A model generated the notes under the pieces. It made no database searches. It saw only the letters and a program-made list of their open reading frames with translations, and was not told the origin of the DNA. Shown piece after piece: positions 1-10,800 of a DNA stretch of 64,000 nt. Position numbers and translations under genes: made by a program. Origin of the DNA: a virus (lineage: Duplodnaviria; Caudoviricetes); IMG/VR virus record IMGVR_UViG_3300033076_000691, positions 1 to 64,000 of that record; one strand, given 5' to 3'. Every line of letters begins with the position of its first letter. Positions within the stretch are counted from its first letter, which is position 1.

Positions 1-810
1 AAAGAAATCAAGATGAATAAGAGAAAACAAGCTCAGCTTCTTGGTATCTTGTTTGCAGAATATCAGATCTTAACTACCGAGCAAGCTAGTATGATTAGAT
101 CTGAAATGAATAAACCTACACATGTATTTGAAGACTCAAGTAGTTTGTGGGCTTTCTATAATTATGTAACTGGTGCACTACAAGCATCACATCCTAAGAC
201 TTGGATGGAAGATCAACGTGTCTTACATTATTTTATATCAAGTGTTAATAACTTTAGCACACCGCAGGTTGGACCTCAAGTTCAAACAGTTGTAGAAGCT
301 ACAGTAGATCCATTAACTACAAATTATGGTCAACCAGAGAATCAGCTTAATATTTTGACAGAAATTGAGAAAACAGAAGCTGAGGAAACTTCATTAGAAT
401 TAGAAGCTAAGGAAGATTTAGATGTACTTAAGGAAGATTTAGACATTAAAGATTCTAATTTAGACTCATACCTTGAGACCCTTGAGACCCTTGATGAAAC
501 ATCTAATGAAGTTATAGAAGAGACAGTAAGTTATACTGATCCTATGGGTAATACATTTGAAGCACCAGTCCTTTTTGATACTGTAGAACTCAACAAAGAA
601 ACTAAAATGGCTGTAGTAATTAGCCCATGTGCTGCACATGATTTAGAAGATGATTCTTTTATGGATGCTGTTGATGAAACAGTAGAAGAGCCATCTGTTA
701 CAATACAAACTGAGGAAAATGAGGATGTCTTTGCTAGTGAAGACAATTTTGATTTTGATTTCAGTGACGATTCTGAGGAAGATCCGGATTCAGTTCCTGA
801 TTTTTTTTAG
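1..810 (+). CDS. DUF932-like protein with long acidic C-terminal tail (5'-truncated)
   Basis: Frame is open from base 1 (KEIKM...). Motif SLWAFYNYVTGALQASHPKTWMEDQRVLH resembles the end of phage DUF932 domains. The last ~150 aa are D/E-rich. Confidence 0.55.
   Translation, partial: KEIKMNKRKQAQLLGILFAEYQILTTEQASMIRSEMNKPTHVFEDSSSLWAFYNYVTGALQASHPKTWMEDQRVLHYFISSVNNFSTPQVGPQVQTVVEATVDPLTTNYGQPENQLNILTEIEKTEAEETSLELEAKEDLDVLKEDLDIKDSNLDSYLETLETLDETSNEVIEETVSYTDPMGNTFEAPVLFDTVELNKETKMAVVISPCAAHDLEDDSFMDAVDETVEEPSVTIQTEENEDVFASEDNFDFDFSDDSEEDPDSVPDFF
408..494 (+). repeat. Short in-frame tandem duplications in the acidic tail
   Basis: taaggaagatttaga at 408-422 and 429-443 (21-bp period, KEDLD x2). 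cttgagacc repeated about 2.5 times at 472-494 (LET-LET-LDET). Confidence 0.8.
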
Positions 811-830
811 TAAATGAATAATTATCAATT

Positions 831-862
831 AAGGGGGTAGCTTAGGCTATCCCCTTTTTTTT
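831..862 (+). terminator. Rho-independent terminator
   Basis: ggggtagc-ttag-gctatcccc hairpin followed by a T-run, 20 nt after the stop at 810. Confidence 0.85.
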
Positions 863-869
863 ACCTTTG
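862..869 (+). promoter_or_regulatory. Possible Bacteroidetes primary-sigma -7 element
   Basis: TACCTTTG matches TAnnTTTG. It lies directly after the terminator and 4 nt before the ATG at 874. No convincing -33 TTTG was seen. Confidence 0.4.
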
Positions 870-873
870 AGAT

Positions 874-1260
874 ATGAAAAAACAGATAGAAGCAGTAGAA
901 AAATTCCATAATGCATTTGGACAAGAAAATGGTAAATGGCCACAACCTTTAAGTGAGCATGAGTTTAATCTCAGACACTCTCTTATGAAAGAAGAGAACG
1001 ATGAATATCTTGAAGCATGCTTTAAAAATTCATTAGTAGAAATAGCTGATGCACTTGGTGATCAGTTATATATTCTATGTGGCACAATTCTTAAACATGG
1101 TATGCAACATATTATAGAAGATGTATTTGATGAAATACAAGCAAGTAATATGAGTAAGTTAGGAGATGATGGTAAACCTGTTCTCCGTGAAGATGGTAAA
1201 ATTTTGAAAGGACCTGGTTATTTTAGACCAGATCTTAGTAAATTTATAGAAATCAAGTAG
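874..1260 (+). CDS. MazG-like / PRA-PH family nucleoside triphosphate pyrophosphohydrolase
   Basis: All-alpha NTP-PPase motifs EENDEY...EIADALGD, plus SNMSK and REDGKILKGP. Confidence 0.9.
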   Translation: MKKQIEAVEKFHNAFGQENGKWPQPLSEHEFNLRHSLMKEENDEYLEACFKNSLVEIADALGDQLYILCGTILKHGMQHIIEDVFDEIQASNMSKLGDDGKPVLREDGKILKGPGYFRPDLSKFIEIK

Positions 1261-1262
1261 TT

Positions 1263-1892
1263 ATGTTTAACATTAATCCAAACCAAAGCAAAAGATTCTT
1301 TGTAGTAGATGACTTCTATGAAGATCCTATGGCTGTAAGAGAGCATGCATTATCTCAAGTATACTTTCCAGGGGAAGGAGCTGTGGGTGAAAGGACCCGT
1401 CAGCAATTTTTATTTGAAGGTCTCAAGGAAAGATTTGAAGAAATCATGCAGATTAAAATTGCAGACCATACTGATGATGGTTATGGATGGTATGATGTAG
1501 GCATTAATGGTAGATATCAATCCTGTATAGCAGGAGTACCACAAGTATTCCATTGTGATGCACAACAATGGGCTGCTGTTATATTTCTAACACCGGATGC
1601 ACCTCCTCAGTCAGGAACTAGTTTTTATAGAAACAAGAAATCTAAAGTGTTTCATAACTCTCAGATAGATTGGTCAGTAGGAGAAAATGGTAATGCATTT
1701 TCTAAAGATACATTTCTAGACCCAACTCCATTTGAGAGACAAGACACTGTAGGTAATGTATTTAATAGACTAGTTATTTTTGATGGTGGTTTAATCCACT
1801 CAGGTAATGATTATTTTGGTCACAACAGAGAGACAGGAAGACTGTTTCAAATATTCTTTTTCAATGAATTAAAAAAAGAAGGGGAGAATTAA
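1263..1892 (+). CDS. 2OG-Fe(II) oxygenase superfamily protein (DUF6445-like)
   Basis: VVDDFYEDP start, HxD (FHCD), GTSFY, FNRLVIFDGGLIHS (distal His) and RLFQIFF (2OG-binding Arg). Confidence 0.8.
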   Translation: MFNINPNQSKRFFVVDDFYEDPMAVREHALSQVYFPGEGAVGERTRQQFLFEGLKERFEEIMQIKIADHTDDGYGWYDVGINGRYQSCIAGVPQVFHCDAQQWAAVIFLTPDAPPQSGTSFYRNKKSKVFHNSQIDWSVGENGNAFSKDTFLDPTPFERQDTVGNVFNRLVIFDGGLIHSGNDYFGHNRETGRLFQIFFFNELKKEGEN

Positions 1893-1905
1893 CTCCCCTT
1901 TTTTT
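1871..1905. terminator. Bidirectional intrinsic terminator between converging modules
   Basis: aaggggag-aattaa-ctcccctt perfect stem flanked by an A-run on the left and a T-run on the right. It overlaps the stops at 1890-1892 and 1904-1906. Confidence 0.9.
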
Positions 1906-4900
1906 ATCCTCCTGATTTAGATTGGTTCTTAATCATATTTTCAAACTGAGTAACAGGATCACCTGTAGATCCACTGAAACCAAAAGTTTTACCAAGTTTG
2001 CTCCAAATTTTTAACGATCCTTTTTCTTTCCAAGAATATGGACCAGTATCTCGTTTATATCTATCCATCTCAGAGAATGTTAAAAAGTCTAATACATCTC
2101 CAAATATATCAATGTAAAGCACAACTGTATTATACCAAGCACTTGTTGTTTGGGTCATCATCTTAACATAGTCATCTGCACCAAAGTTTACTCCTTTTAC
2201 TTGTGGTAGTGGAATAAATGCAGATGTCTCACCTTGTACACCCATCATTAACAATAACATATGGTTAGATAAGAATCCGTATGTGTTAAATGTATCCTGA
2301 TTAATTGCTCCTGATTTTGCTCTGAGTTTTTTCCATTTTTCATCATCATCCGGATCAAATCCAAATACCATTAGACCCAATAATGCAAAACCTATTGCAA
2401 AGAATGCTTCTGAAGATGCTTTTCTTACAGCAGTTTTTTCTGAATCTGTTAAATAGTTATAGTCTCTGAATCCAGATTTTAAAACTTTTAACATTGTCTG
2501 GAATGCTGTGATATAGAAACCTTTACCATATGATGTTGTGGCCCAATCATATCTTTCACCACCTCTTGTCCATGTAATAGTTTTAGAATCAAATCCAAAT
2601 CTGTTCATAAACATAGGAGTAAACCATTTTCTCATAAAGAAGAACATTCTATACAGTAATAACTTATTACCTTCAGGTTGTCCCATCTCATCATATGCAC
2701 CAAATAGTTTTCTTGATGTACCTTGGATTCTATTCTTAAGCATCATGAATAGCTCTGACTTAGCAATAACTAGTTCTTGACCATCTTCCAACTGCACTTC
2801 TGACTTAATTCTATTTTTAGCTTTAAGTTCTTCTACAGTAATATGATATTTCTTAGCAATTGACTCAAGGCTTTCACCTTTAACATATTCGTGGTATACT
2901 GGGAGATTACTCCAACCTGGGTGTATCCCTGCTTTTAGTCTAATGATACCATCAGCATCTTTTTCCCATGCTTCAACATATCTCATTGACTTTTTAGTAC
3001 CATCACTAAGAATTTGATCAACCTTTTGACCATACATAAATGCACCAAACAATGAAACAGCAACTTGCATCTCACCAAATTTTCTGTGCATATACATCCA
3101 TTCCATATTGACAAGATCCTTAACTAAAGATCTCTCAACTTCTCTACCAAATTCATCTTTTGATTTAAAGACAGGGTCAAAGATTTGGATTAGCTGTGTT
3201 GATACTGCTCCAGGACCAGTTGAATAAATACCTTTAGTGCTCCATTCTAACATAGACTTTTCTGCCCATGGTCTTGCTAATGCAATATCTTTAAGATTGA
3301 TAAACTCAGCTCCGGCACCTTCAATAATTAACTGTACATATGCACCATATTTGTTTTTCAAATCTGATGGAATGTTTATAGCCAAGGATCCTCTAGCTGA
3401 TAGACCTTGTAAAGTTTGCACCCACTTACCAAATCCTGGGTGAGTTTCCTCAATACCTTCTACCATTTTACCATGGTATTCTCTTTCAATCAATGACTTA
3501 ACTTGTCCTGCACGGTTATTAGTTGCAAACTTTTTGTTAGCCATTTTTAGAATACCCTTGACATTATAGATATTCTTATCAAATTTCTCTAAGTCTTTTG
3601 GTGCATTCTCTGGATCTTCAAGAGTATCTAAGATTGAGTTTACAAGTGGTAAACTTTCTAATAGTTTACCTTGTGTACGTACAGACAAAGCATATCTAAA
3701 TAAACCTTGGAAGATGTCAGCATCCTGTAAATTGATATCAAGATTGTATATACCTGATACAGGAATATAAGTTATCTGATCTCCATTTAGATCTGTATTT
3801 ACAAGGTTGTTTTCCGGGTCATAGTTCAAATCATTCTCAGCATCTACTACAGACTTACCAAGTGCTTGTCTATACCATTCTTTAATGTTAGCACCTAGTT
3901 CAGAGAATCTCTGACCATAAGCACCTTTTTGAATAGCTTGATATATGTCTCCTTTTTTAAGAGCATATCTTGGCATGTCAAGATATAACTTACTATAGTT
4001 ACTCTGACCTTTCTGATTTTCTAAATGATATTCTTTAATTGCTTCTAGTAACTGAAACTCATTACTATTAGCAGCTTTCATTTGAAAGTATCTATCATTT
4101 ATAAATCTAGAATCTTTGGCACTGTATTTATCATTGTTATCAAACATCCTAGGTAACCATTGATTTTTATTATCAATAAATTTACCTACGTAATCTTCTT
4201 TAGATGCTCCAAATGGTATTGTTCTATACTTGTCTTTTACTTCATATCTAGAATGTCTTGCATTAGGAGTACCTAATAACAATACTTCATTACCTTCCCT
4301 GTCTAAGATCTTAGTATACTTTACATAACTCTCATCTTTTGGAACTGCAACAGAGTTTGCTTTGGTTCTTTTATATTTAGTTACGTATGATTTAGACTTC
4401 TTATCATAAGCTTCAATAGTGTAGTGGTTTAAATTAAACCATTCTTTAAATGCTTCATCTGCATCTAAGATATCCTGGAACTCTTCACCATTGATATACT
4501 CATCAAGCTCATCTTCATCTACCTCTTTAATATTTTGCTTAGATAAATTATAGTTTAATGCCTCTATGTAATGTCTAGTAGGTATACTTTGAGTTAATTC
4601 AGAGAGTTCACTAAAAATTTCTTGGATTCTTGCAGCATCTTCAGGTGTAATACCTTCTTGAGCTTGTCTATCAAGTAATTCAAAATATCTTTTAGACTCT
4701 GGAGAACCAGCTTTTAACAAACCTTTACTTGCCTTGTACTGTAAGTCTCTCAATTCATCAGCATCATCTCTTGATAAACCTGACTTTGAATCAAACTCAT
4801 ACTTATAATCTGCAATAGCTTGTTCTAACTCTTTGATTTTTTGTAGTCTTGTTTTACCCATGATAGAACTATCAGGTTCCCCTTGTTCATCACGGTAGCT

Positions 4901-7831
4901 ATAGATCAAATCATTTATTGTTTGGAATGCTTCAGAAATATTGAATCTAGCATTTACTGCTTTATTCATTTTTTCCTGTAACTCCTTTAACTCAGTAATA
5001 AGTTTAATTCTAGAATCCCAATATGATTGATCATATTCTATTCTAAGATTTTGTTTTCTCCATTTTTCTATCTCTCTATTGAAATCAGCAGATCCAGGGA
5101 AAATTTGTTTTGTACCAAGCAAATCTACAAACTCATTGTAGGCACTTTGCAACATACCTTCAATAGGTCTCCATTCATAGAAGTCTTTAGTAGCAGCTCT
5201 ATGTTCTAGTAGTAACTGAGCAATACTTAAATCATATACTCCCTTTTCTGGGTCATCAACTTTAGATGTACCATCTTCATAAGTAAGAGAATACAACTGT
5301 TGAAACTCTCTGAATGCAGCTTGAATAGTAGAGTATTTTTCTAATCTTTCAAGTTCATTCTCCATACTATTAACTAAGTTATTATAAGCTTGTAGCTTTT
5401 GTTTCCTTACATAGTATGCTAATTTACCTATCTCAGATTTTTTAAATATATCATCTTTTTCATAGAACTCAGGAACAAACTCTTGCCACATGTAATCTCT
5501 CTTAAATTCATCAAACTCCATCTGAGCTTGAGCAATTTGTGCAGGATCTTGTGTTTTTTTAGCTTCTTCTAAATTCCACTCTAATAAATCATAATGATAT
5601 CTGTAGTCTTTAAAAGCACCTAGGTAACTCCAGACTTCTTTTTCAACTGGTTTACCGGTCTCTTTATCGTACCACATAATCTTATCCTTGAACCCAACCT
5701 TTTCTCTCATAGCAATAGAATTCAATTTACTGAATCCTACTTTAGGTAAAAGCTTTTCAAGTTTACTTCTAAATTTCATAGACTGTTCCCAGACTAAGTT
5801 CTGTACTTGGGTCTTCTCATTCTGGATAAACATAGCTAATGGTCCTACTATAACATCATTACTAGAGCTATAGCTTTCTAACCATCTGTTAAACCAAGTA
5901 ACATCATGAGCCCCACCAGTAAGTGCAGCTTTGATTTTATCTTCATCAACAACTAAGTCTTTATATTCTTTTAAGAATCCTTTCAGGATATCCGCGGGAA
6001 CACCTTTTTGTACAAGAGCATCTATGTCAGCATCAGTAAGGGTCTGTTGAACAACTTTATTGTATAAGTTATCTACTTCTCTTTCTAACTCTTGATCATT
6101 AAACGTTCTACGTAAAGCAACACCAAGGTTACTTTTTAATCTATCCTGTACATACTTAGACATAAACCCTGTCATCTCTACATAGAACTGTACATTGTTA
6201 TTCTTAAGTATGTTTGCGATATTAGTATTGATACGGGTAATGTTTAATACAATTTCATTCAATGTTTTATAGAATGGATTATTAGTATCAATCATATCAC
6301 CTTCTAATGAAAGCACCTGGTCAATTTCTTGTACCATCTTTAACCATGCTTTAGAGTTTGATTTGTAAAGCATGAGTAAAGCAATAGTACTCCTGTTGTT
6401 AATGTTTGATGCTCCAATCTTTGAGATATCACCCAACATGTTTTTGGTCATGCTGTTGATATTATCCAAACTATTTACCAATGCTGTTGCTCTTTGAAGA
6501 TCTACATCTAGTTCTTTTTTAGCAGCATCTAATGCATTCTGAATAATTTCATTCTCAGATAAACCTTCTGTGTCTGTATTTAGGTTGTCTTTCAATGTAC
6601 GTACCACATCTTTTAGATATCTGTTGGTACCTTTTTCAAACAAAGATTCTCTCAAGAATTGTCTTGCAACCTTGTCACCCTTGAAGTTTTCAGCTTCATT
6701 AAGAATAGCTCTACTTGCTTCATAAGTTGTCCGAAGAGCTTTATTTAGTGTTTCTTTATTGGAGAATCTATCTAGTTCTTTTGCTCTTTCAAGTACTTCT
6801 CTGGAGAACATTGCAAGATCATCTTCAGTTACCAGGTCAGTTTTAAACTCAAACTGTTTGTCCAAAAGCATATCTGCTAATTCCCCTAACGTAGTGTCCA
6901 CATCCAACTTGGCAACATTTACTTTAGGACCAAAGAGTTTTCTAAGTAATTGCTTAAGTGCAGCGAAGAGTTTATTCATAAAACTTTGGTACCCTTCTGT
7001 CTCAATCTCATTGTTAATTCTGTTGAGTGCCTTTAACTGCATTGCATAAGCAAGTACTTCTTCTTTGAATAGGTCTGAACTATCCTCTAATTCCGGATAG
7101 TTGGTTTTTACATAGTAGTAAATACCTTGGCCTTCTTCTGTAGCTAGTGCTTGGTTGTATAGGTTTTGGAATAAGATGTTGTTAGTCTTTCTCAGTGCGT
7201 TTAATACCGGGTGAGAGAACTCATGTAATACAGTTCTCACGTTAACATTTTCCCCTACCGTATAGACCGTTCCTGCATAGTAAAATGCTGGTTCTCCATT
7301 GTATTGAACAGGTCTGTTCTTTAAGATATCTGCGGCCTCTTCTTTGGTGATGTTTTGGTATTGTGTGTTTGTACCGAGAGCAAGTCTTTGTGCTAGTATC
7401 TCTGCTATCTCTCTTGATCTTTCATTTTGTAGTTCGTCAATATTGACATCCATGAAAACTACTCCATTGATTTCTTGAAAAGGATTTTCTACAACTTCAA
7501 TTGGTAAATCCCTCATCATCATAGGTTCATCAGACTTTGCGTTGTATAGCTCTTGAAGTCTTTCAAATAGCTGCTCATTAGGGACTGCTCTGTATACTTT
7601 ATACTTAGCATCTCTGTAGTAAGTTGATCTACTTGGATCAACATGTTCAGACATGTTAACACTGAATAGTTTACCTCCGTTTGTTTTTAAACCGTATTTA
7701 GTTTCAGCCAATAAAGTAAGCTGATCATTAAGTTTATCAAACTTATCTTGATCAATGATTCTTCTTACATCATCAGTAGCACCGTATTTTTCAAGATGCT
7801 TGATTGAATTTAATTTTACCTGGCAAACCAT
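1904..7831 (-). CDS. Giant virion/ejection protein (1975 aa) with N-terminal zincin-like domain, LysM domain and C-terminal hydrophobic segment
   Basis: HEFSH...EEVLA (7211-7225). LysM-like YVKGESLESIAKKYHITVEELKAKN...LEDGQELVI (~2765-2896). Hydrophobic AFFAIGFALLGLMVFGF. Located next to the RNAP gene. Confidence 0.75.
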   Translation of the reverse strand: MVCQVKLNSIKHLEKYGATDDVRRIIDQDKFDKLNDQLTLLAETKYGLKTNGGKLFSVNMSEHVDPSRSTYYRDAKYKVYRAVPNEQLFERLQELYNAKSDEPMMMRDLPIEVVENPFQEINGVVFMDVNIDELQNERSREIAEILAQRLALGTNTQYQNITKEEAADILKNRPVQYNGEPAFYYAGTVYTVGENVNVRTVLHEFSHPVLNALRKTNNILFQNLYNQALATEEGQGIYYYVKTNYPELEDSSDLFKEEVLAYAMQLKALNRINNEIETEGYQSFMNKLFAALKQLLRKLFGPKVNVAKLDVDTTLGELADMLLDKQFEFKTDLVTEDDLAMFSREVLERAKELDRFSNKETLNKALRTTYEASRAILNEAENFKGDKVARQFLRESLFEKGTNRYLKDVVRTLKDNLNTDTEGLSENEIIQNALDAAKKELDVDLQRATALVNSLDNINSMTKNMLGDISKIGASNINNRSTIALLMLYKSNSKAWLKMVQEIDQVLSLEGDMIDTNNPFYKTLNEIVLNITRINTNIANILKNNNVQFYVEMTGFMSKYVQDRLKSNLGVALRRTFNDQELEREVDNLYNKVVQQTLTDADIDALVQKGVPADILKGFLKEYKDLVVDEDKIKAALTGGAHDVTWFNRWLESYSSSNDVIVGPLAMFIQNEKTQVQNLVWEQSMKFRSKLEKLLPKVGFSKLNSIAMREKVGFKDKIMWYDKETGKPVEKEVWSYLGAFKDYRYHYDLLEWNLEEAKKTQDPAQIAQAQMEFDEFKRDYMWQEFVPEFYEKDDIFKKSEIGKLAYYVRKQKLQAYNNLVNSMENELERLEKYSTIQAAFREFQQLYSLTYEDGTSKVDDPEKGVYDLSIAQLLLEHRAATKDFYEWRPIEGMLQSAYNEFVDLLGTKQIFPGSADFNREIEKWRKQNLRIEYDQSYWDSRIKLITELKELQEKMNKAVNARFNISEAFQTINDLIYSYRDEQGEPDSSIMGKTRLQKIKELEQAIADYKYEFDSKSGLSRDDADELRDLQYKASKGLLKAGSPESKRYFELLDRQAQEGITPEDAARIQEIFSELSELTQSIPTRHYIEALNYNLSKQNIKEVDEDELDEYINGEEFQDILDADEAFKEWFNLNHYTIEAYDKKSKSYVTKYKRTKANSVAVPKDESYVKYTKILDREGNEVLLLGTPNARHSRYEVKDKYRTIPFGASKEDYVGKFIDNKNQWLPRMFDNNDKYSAKDSRFINDRYFQMKAANSNEFQLLEAIKEYHLENQKGQSNYSKLYLDMPRYALKKGDIYQAIQKGAYGQRFSELGANIKEWYRQALGKSVVDAENDLNYDPENNLVNTDLNGDQITYIPVSGIYNLDINLQDADIFQGLFRYALSVRTQGKLLESLPLVNSILDTLEDPENAPKDLEKFDKNIYNVKGILKMANKKFATNNRAGQVKSLIEREYHGKMVEGIEETHPGFGKWVQTLQGLSARGSLAINIPSDLKNKYGAYVQLIIEGAGAEFINLKDIALARPWAEKSMLEWSTKGIYSTGPGAVSTQLIQIFDPVFKSKDEFGREVERSLVKDLVNMEWMYMHRKFGEMQVAVSLFGAFMYGQKVDQILSDGTKKSMRYVEAWEKDADGIIRLKAGIHPGWSNLPVYHEYVKGESLESIAKKYHITVEELKAKNRIKSEVQLEDGQELVIAKSELFMMLKNRIQGTSRKLFGAYDEMGQPEGNKLLLYRMFFFMRKWFTPMFMNRFGFDSKTITWTRGGERYDWATTSYGKGFYITAFQTMLKVLKSGFRDYNYLTDSEKTAVRKASSEAFFAIGFALLGLMVFGFDPDDDEKWKKLRAKSGAINQDTFNTYGFLSNHMLLLMMGVQGETSAFIPLPQVKGVNFGADDYVKMMTQTTSAWYNTVVLYIDIFGDVLDFLTFSEMDRYKRDTGPYSWKEKGSLKIWSKLGKTFGFSGSTGDPVTQFENMIKNQSKSGG

Positions 7832-7832
7832 A

Positions 7833-10800
7833 TTACGAGCATTTAAATGGATCTTCCTCCAATTCTAATTGTGTTAATATTTCTTCATCTGTAATTCCTT
7901 GAGATACACCTACCATATCACGAATCTCATTGTATTTTGTTGATCCTGGATTGATGTATTGGAACTCTTCAAAAAGTCTCTTACTTAAATATACAAATAA
8001 TTCTTGTGGCATTGTTTTTGGATCCCCAAAACCGTATGATGGGAATGCAATTTTACCACCTTTTTCTTGAAGTTGTTTAATCAGATGAATTCTTTTTTCC
8101 CAAATGTTTTTAAGTGTTTGGTATTGTTCTGGATTGAGCATAACTCTTTGACCATTTACAACACTTGTAAACAAGTTTGTAGGAATATTTACTGACATAT
8201 CAGGTACCTCAGTCATAAAGTATGATGAACCTCCTAGATTTCTACCAGCTTCTTTTTGTTCTGGCTTAATTTCATAGATACTTGTATTATGTATAAATAC
8301 TATATCCGGGTTATTCTTACCAAGATTTAAATAGTAATATGCATTTTTTGCATTAGTATCATTGTACATAAATACATTAGGATCATCTGTAGATTTAAGA
8401 CCTAATCTTACTGGTTCTTCAACTATATCTATGTTGGTAGAGTCAATAATTGCTTCTTCTGTTTCAGCATTTCTATCTTTCTTTTTAGTAGGATTTTCTA
8501 CCGGAACAATTCTCTCTACATTTTCATAATCAATATCTGATAGATAGTCTTTGAATCTGTTTTTGTTTTCGTTAGTTGCAAGATTTTGTCTGATAAATAC
8601 ATCATAGAAGTTATCTAATAAAGTCATTCCTTTTTTATCCAATGCATCCGTAAACTTATCAGCCTCACTTTCTACAATAGTTAAGAAGTCAGTAAAGTCA
8701 GCAATGTTTGTAAAGTTTAACTTCGTCTTATTCAATCCGGTCTGTAAGAATGCATAAGTATTCAAGTGTTTAAACATTGCACTTATTCTAGCATTTTCTG
8801 CGGGATCATCTACCTTACTAACTGATGGGTCAGCAAGTTTCTTTAAGTCATTAGTGTATAGGTTAGACTTATCTGTATCGTAATCCTTATCTGCTATGTA
8901 TAAGTTAAATGCATTCTCATCTTTATTAGAATCTAATTTCAATTTACCCAATACTGGGAAATCTCTCTTAAGTTCCGGATAGTTTTGAATCAACTTGCTG
9001 ACTCTGATAGCAAATGCATTTTCATTATCCTGGAACATGTTAAAGAAGTTATATGAGTTATCTAGAGCTTGAATTGCTAAAAGTTTCTCATATGTATATC
9101 TTACAGCCTTTTCATTAGATAAGTCTTCAAATAATTCTTTAGTGTTTTTAAGTTCTTCTTTGAATGCAAATGAATTAGTTAGCTCTACAGTTAAAGGAGT
9201 AATAGACCTTAAATATTCTCTTTGGGATACAAATTTTACATACTCATTGAAGTTAACTTCAGAGTTGTTCATAAATGTAGATGGGTGTAAAGGAAACAAA
9301 CCTCTATCTTCATAACTATTTGTAGCATCAGAGTTTGCAATCCAAGCATCAGAATTAAATTCTCTCTTGAGCTGCTTCATGTCCATGTACAAAGTACCAT
9401 CTTTTACAAAAGCACCTCTCTTGAGTTCTTTTGCCATTGAAGTTGGTATTGTAGTCTCCATATTCAAAGACATGAATCCGTCCTCTTTCTTGTATTTTCT
9501 GATGGCATTCTGTAAAATAAAACTTACGATGTCATTTCTGAATACATTGCTAAACATCTCAATGTTTTGACCAGGGAAAGTTACTTCAAGATCTTTTCTG
9601 ATTTGATCTTTTCTAGCAATTAAGTAATCACTAACTTCTTTGTGGTATCTTAATTTAAACAAAGGTCTACTTACAGCTAAAGCTAATGGACCATTAAAGA
9701 ATGATTTTAGAATTGAATCATCCATCATAGACTCAACAATATCCCTAGGTACTCTTGAATCAAAGAATAGATCCTCTATGTTAGCTTCAGTTTGTTCTAC
9801 ATCTGATAGAGTAGACTTAGTAGCTGTATCAGGGTTAGAAGACATTTTAAGTGCAGTATAACCAGCAATCTGTTGTTCTAACTCTAGATAGTGCAAGAAC
9901 ATAGATTTTGCAAGATCACTTGAAGTATCATTACTCTTAATAAGAGATCTCATTTCATCCTTAGTAAAAGTCTTTTGTTTTTTATCTTTAAAGTAATCAT
10001 CTAAAAGTTCCTGAGCTTTTTCATATCTCTCATCATTTTTAGAGTTTTTCTTAAGCTCATCTTTTGAAAAATGTTTTGCAATTACATTAGATGCTGCTTG
10101 GTATTTAGCAAGACCTGGACTCTTAGGTTTTTTATTAAGTACATCTGCAAATGTAGACTTAGCTAAACGTTGTTCATCTACATACTCTCTAACTAATGGG
10201 TTAGATACAAAGTAAATTGCTTCTTCTACAGGTACACCAGCTTTAATAAGATATAATAATGTTGGAGCCACTTCATAGTTACCCTGAATAAAGAAGATCC
10301 ATGCATCTTTTTCAACGTCCACCCATCCGTTAATCATTTGAGAAATAACATCTGAAATTTTATTGGTGCCATCAACATCATAAAGATCTGACATAGAGAT
10401 AACCTCTTTACCATTTTTATTCATTTTGTTATGTCTCAATCTCATGTTACTTTTTCTAAGCATTTTATTGATGGTGTATTCATCAGGCATATATGCTCCT
10501 AAAGTATTCATGATTACATTGAAGGTATTCTCAATTGCACCAAGACCTAAAGTTTTCTTACCTACAATATTAGACTCGTGTTTGTATACATTATACAATG
10601 CTTCTAATACTCTTGTAGGACTGATCTCTCCAGTTTCCTCAGTCATTTTATTCTTCTTAGGGTTGTACTCCATAACATCTTGAGACAAGTCTTCAGATAT
10701 TTCTTTAAGAATAAATGTACCGTTAGGCATAATTAAAGATGCATAGTTTTCTGGAAGCTCAAGAATGTTTTTGATATCATCTATGAGTTCATTTTCTAAA

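Noticed and set aside
1904-1930. 1975-aa protein ends in -KSGG, like a ubiquitin-type C-terminal diglycine
   Set aside because: Single instance, no beta-grasp domain or E1/E2-like gene seen, and the stop abuts the terminator. Likely coincidence.
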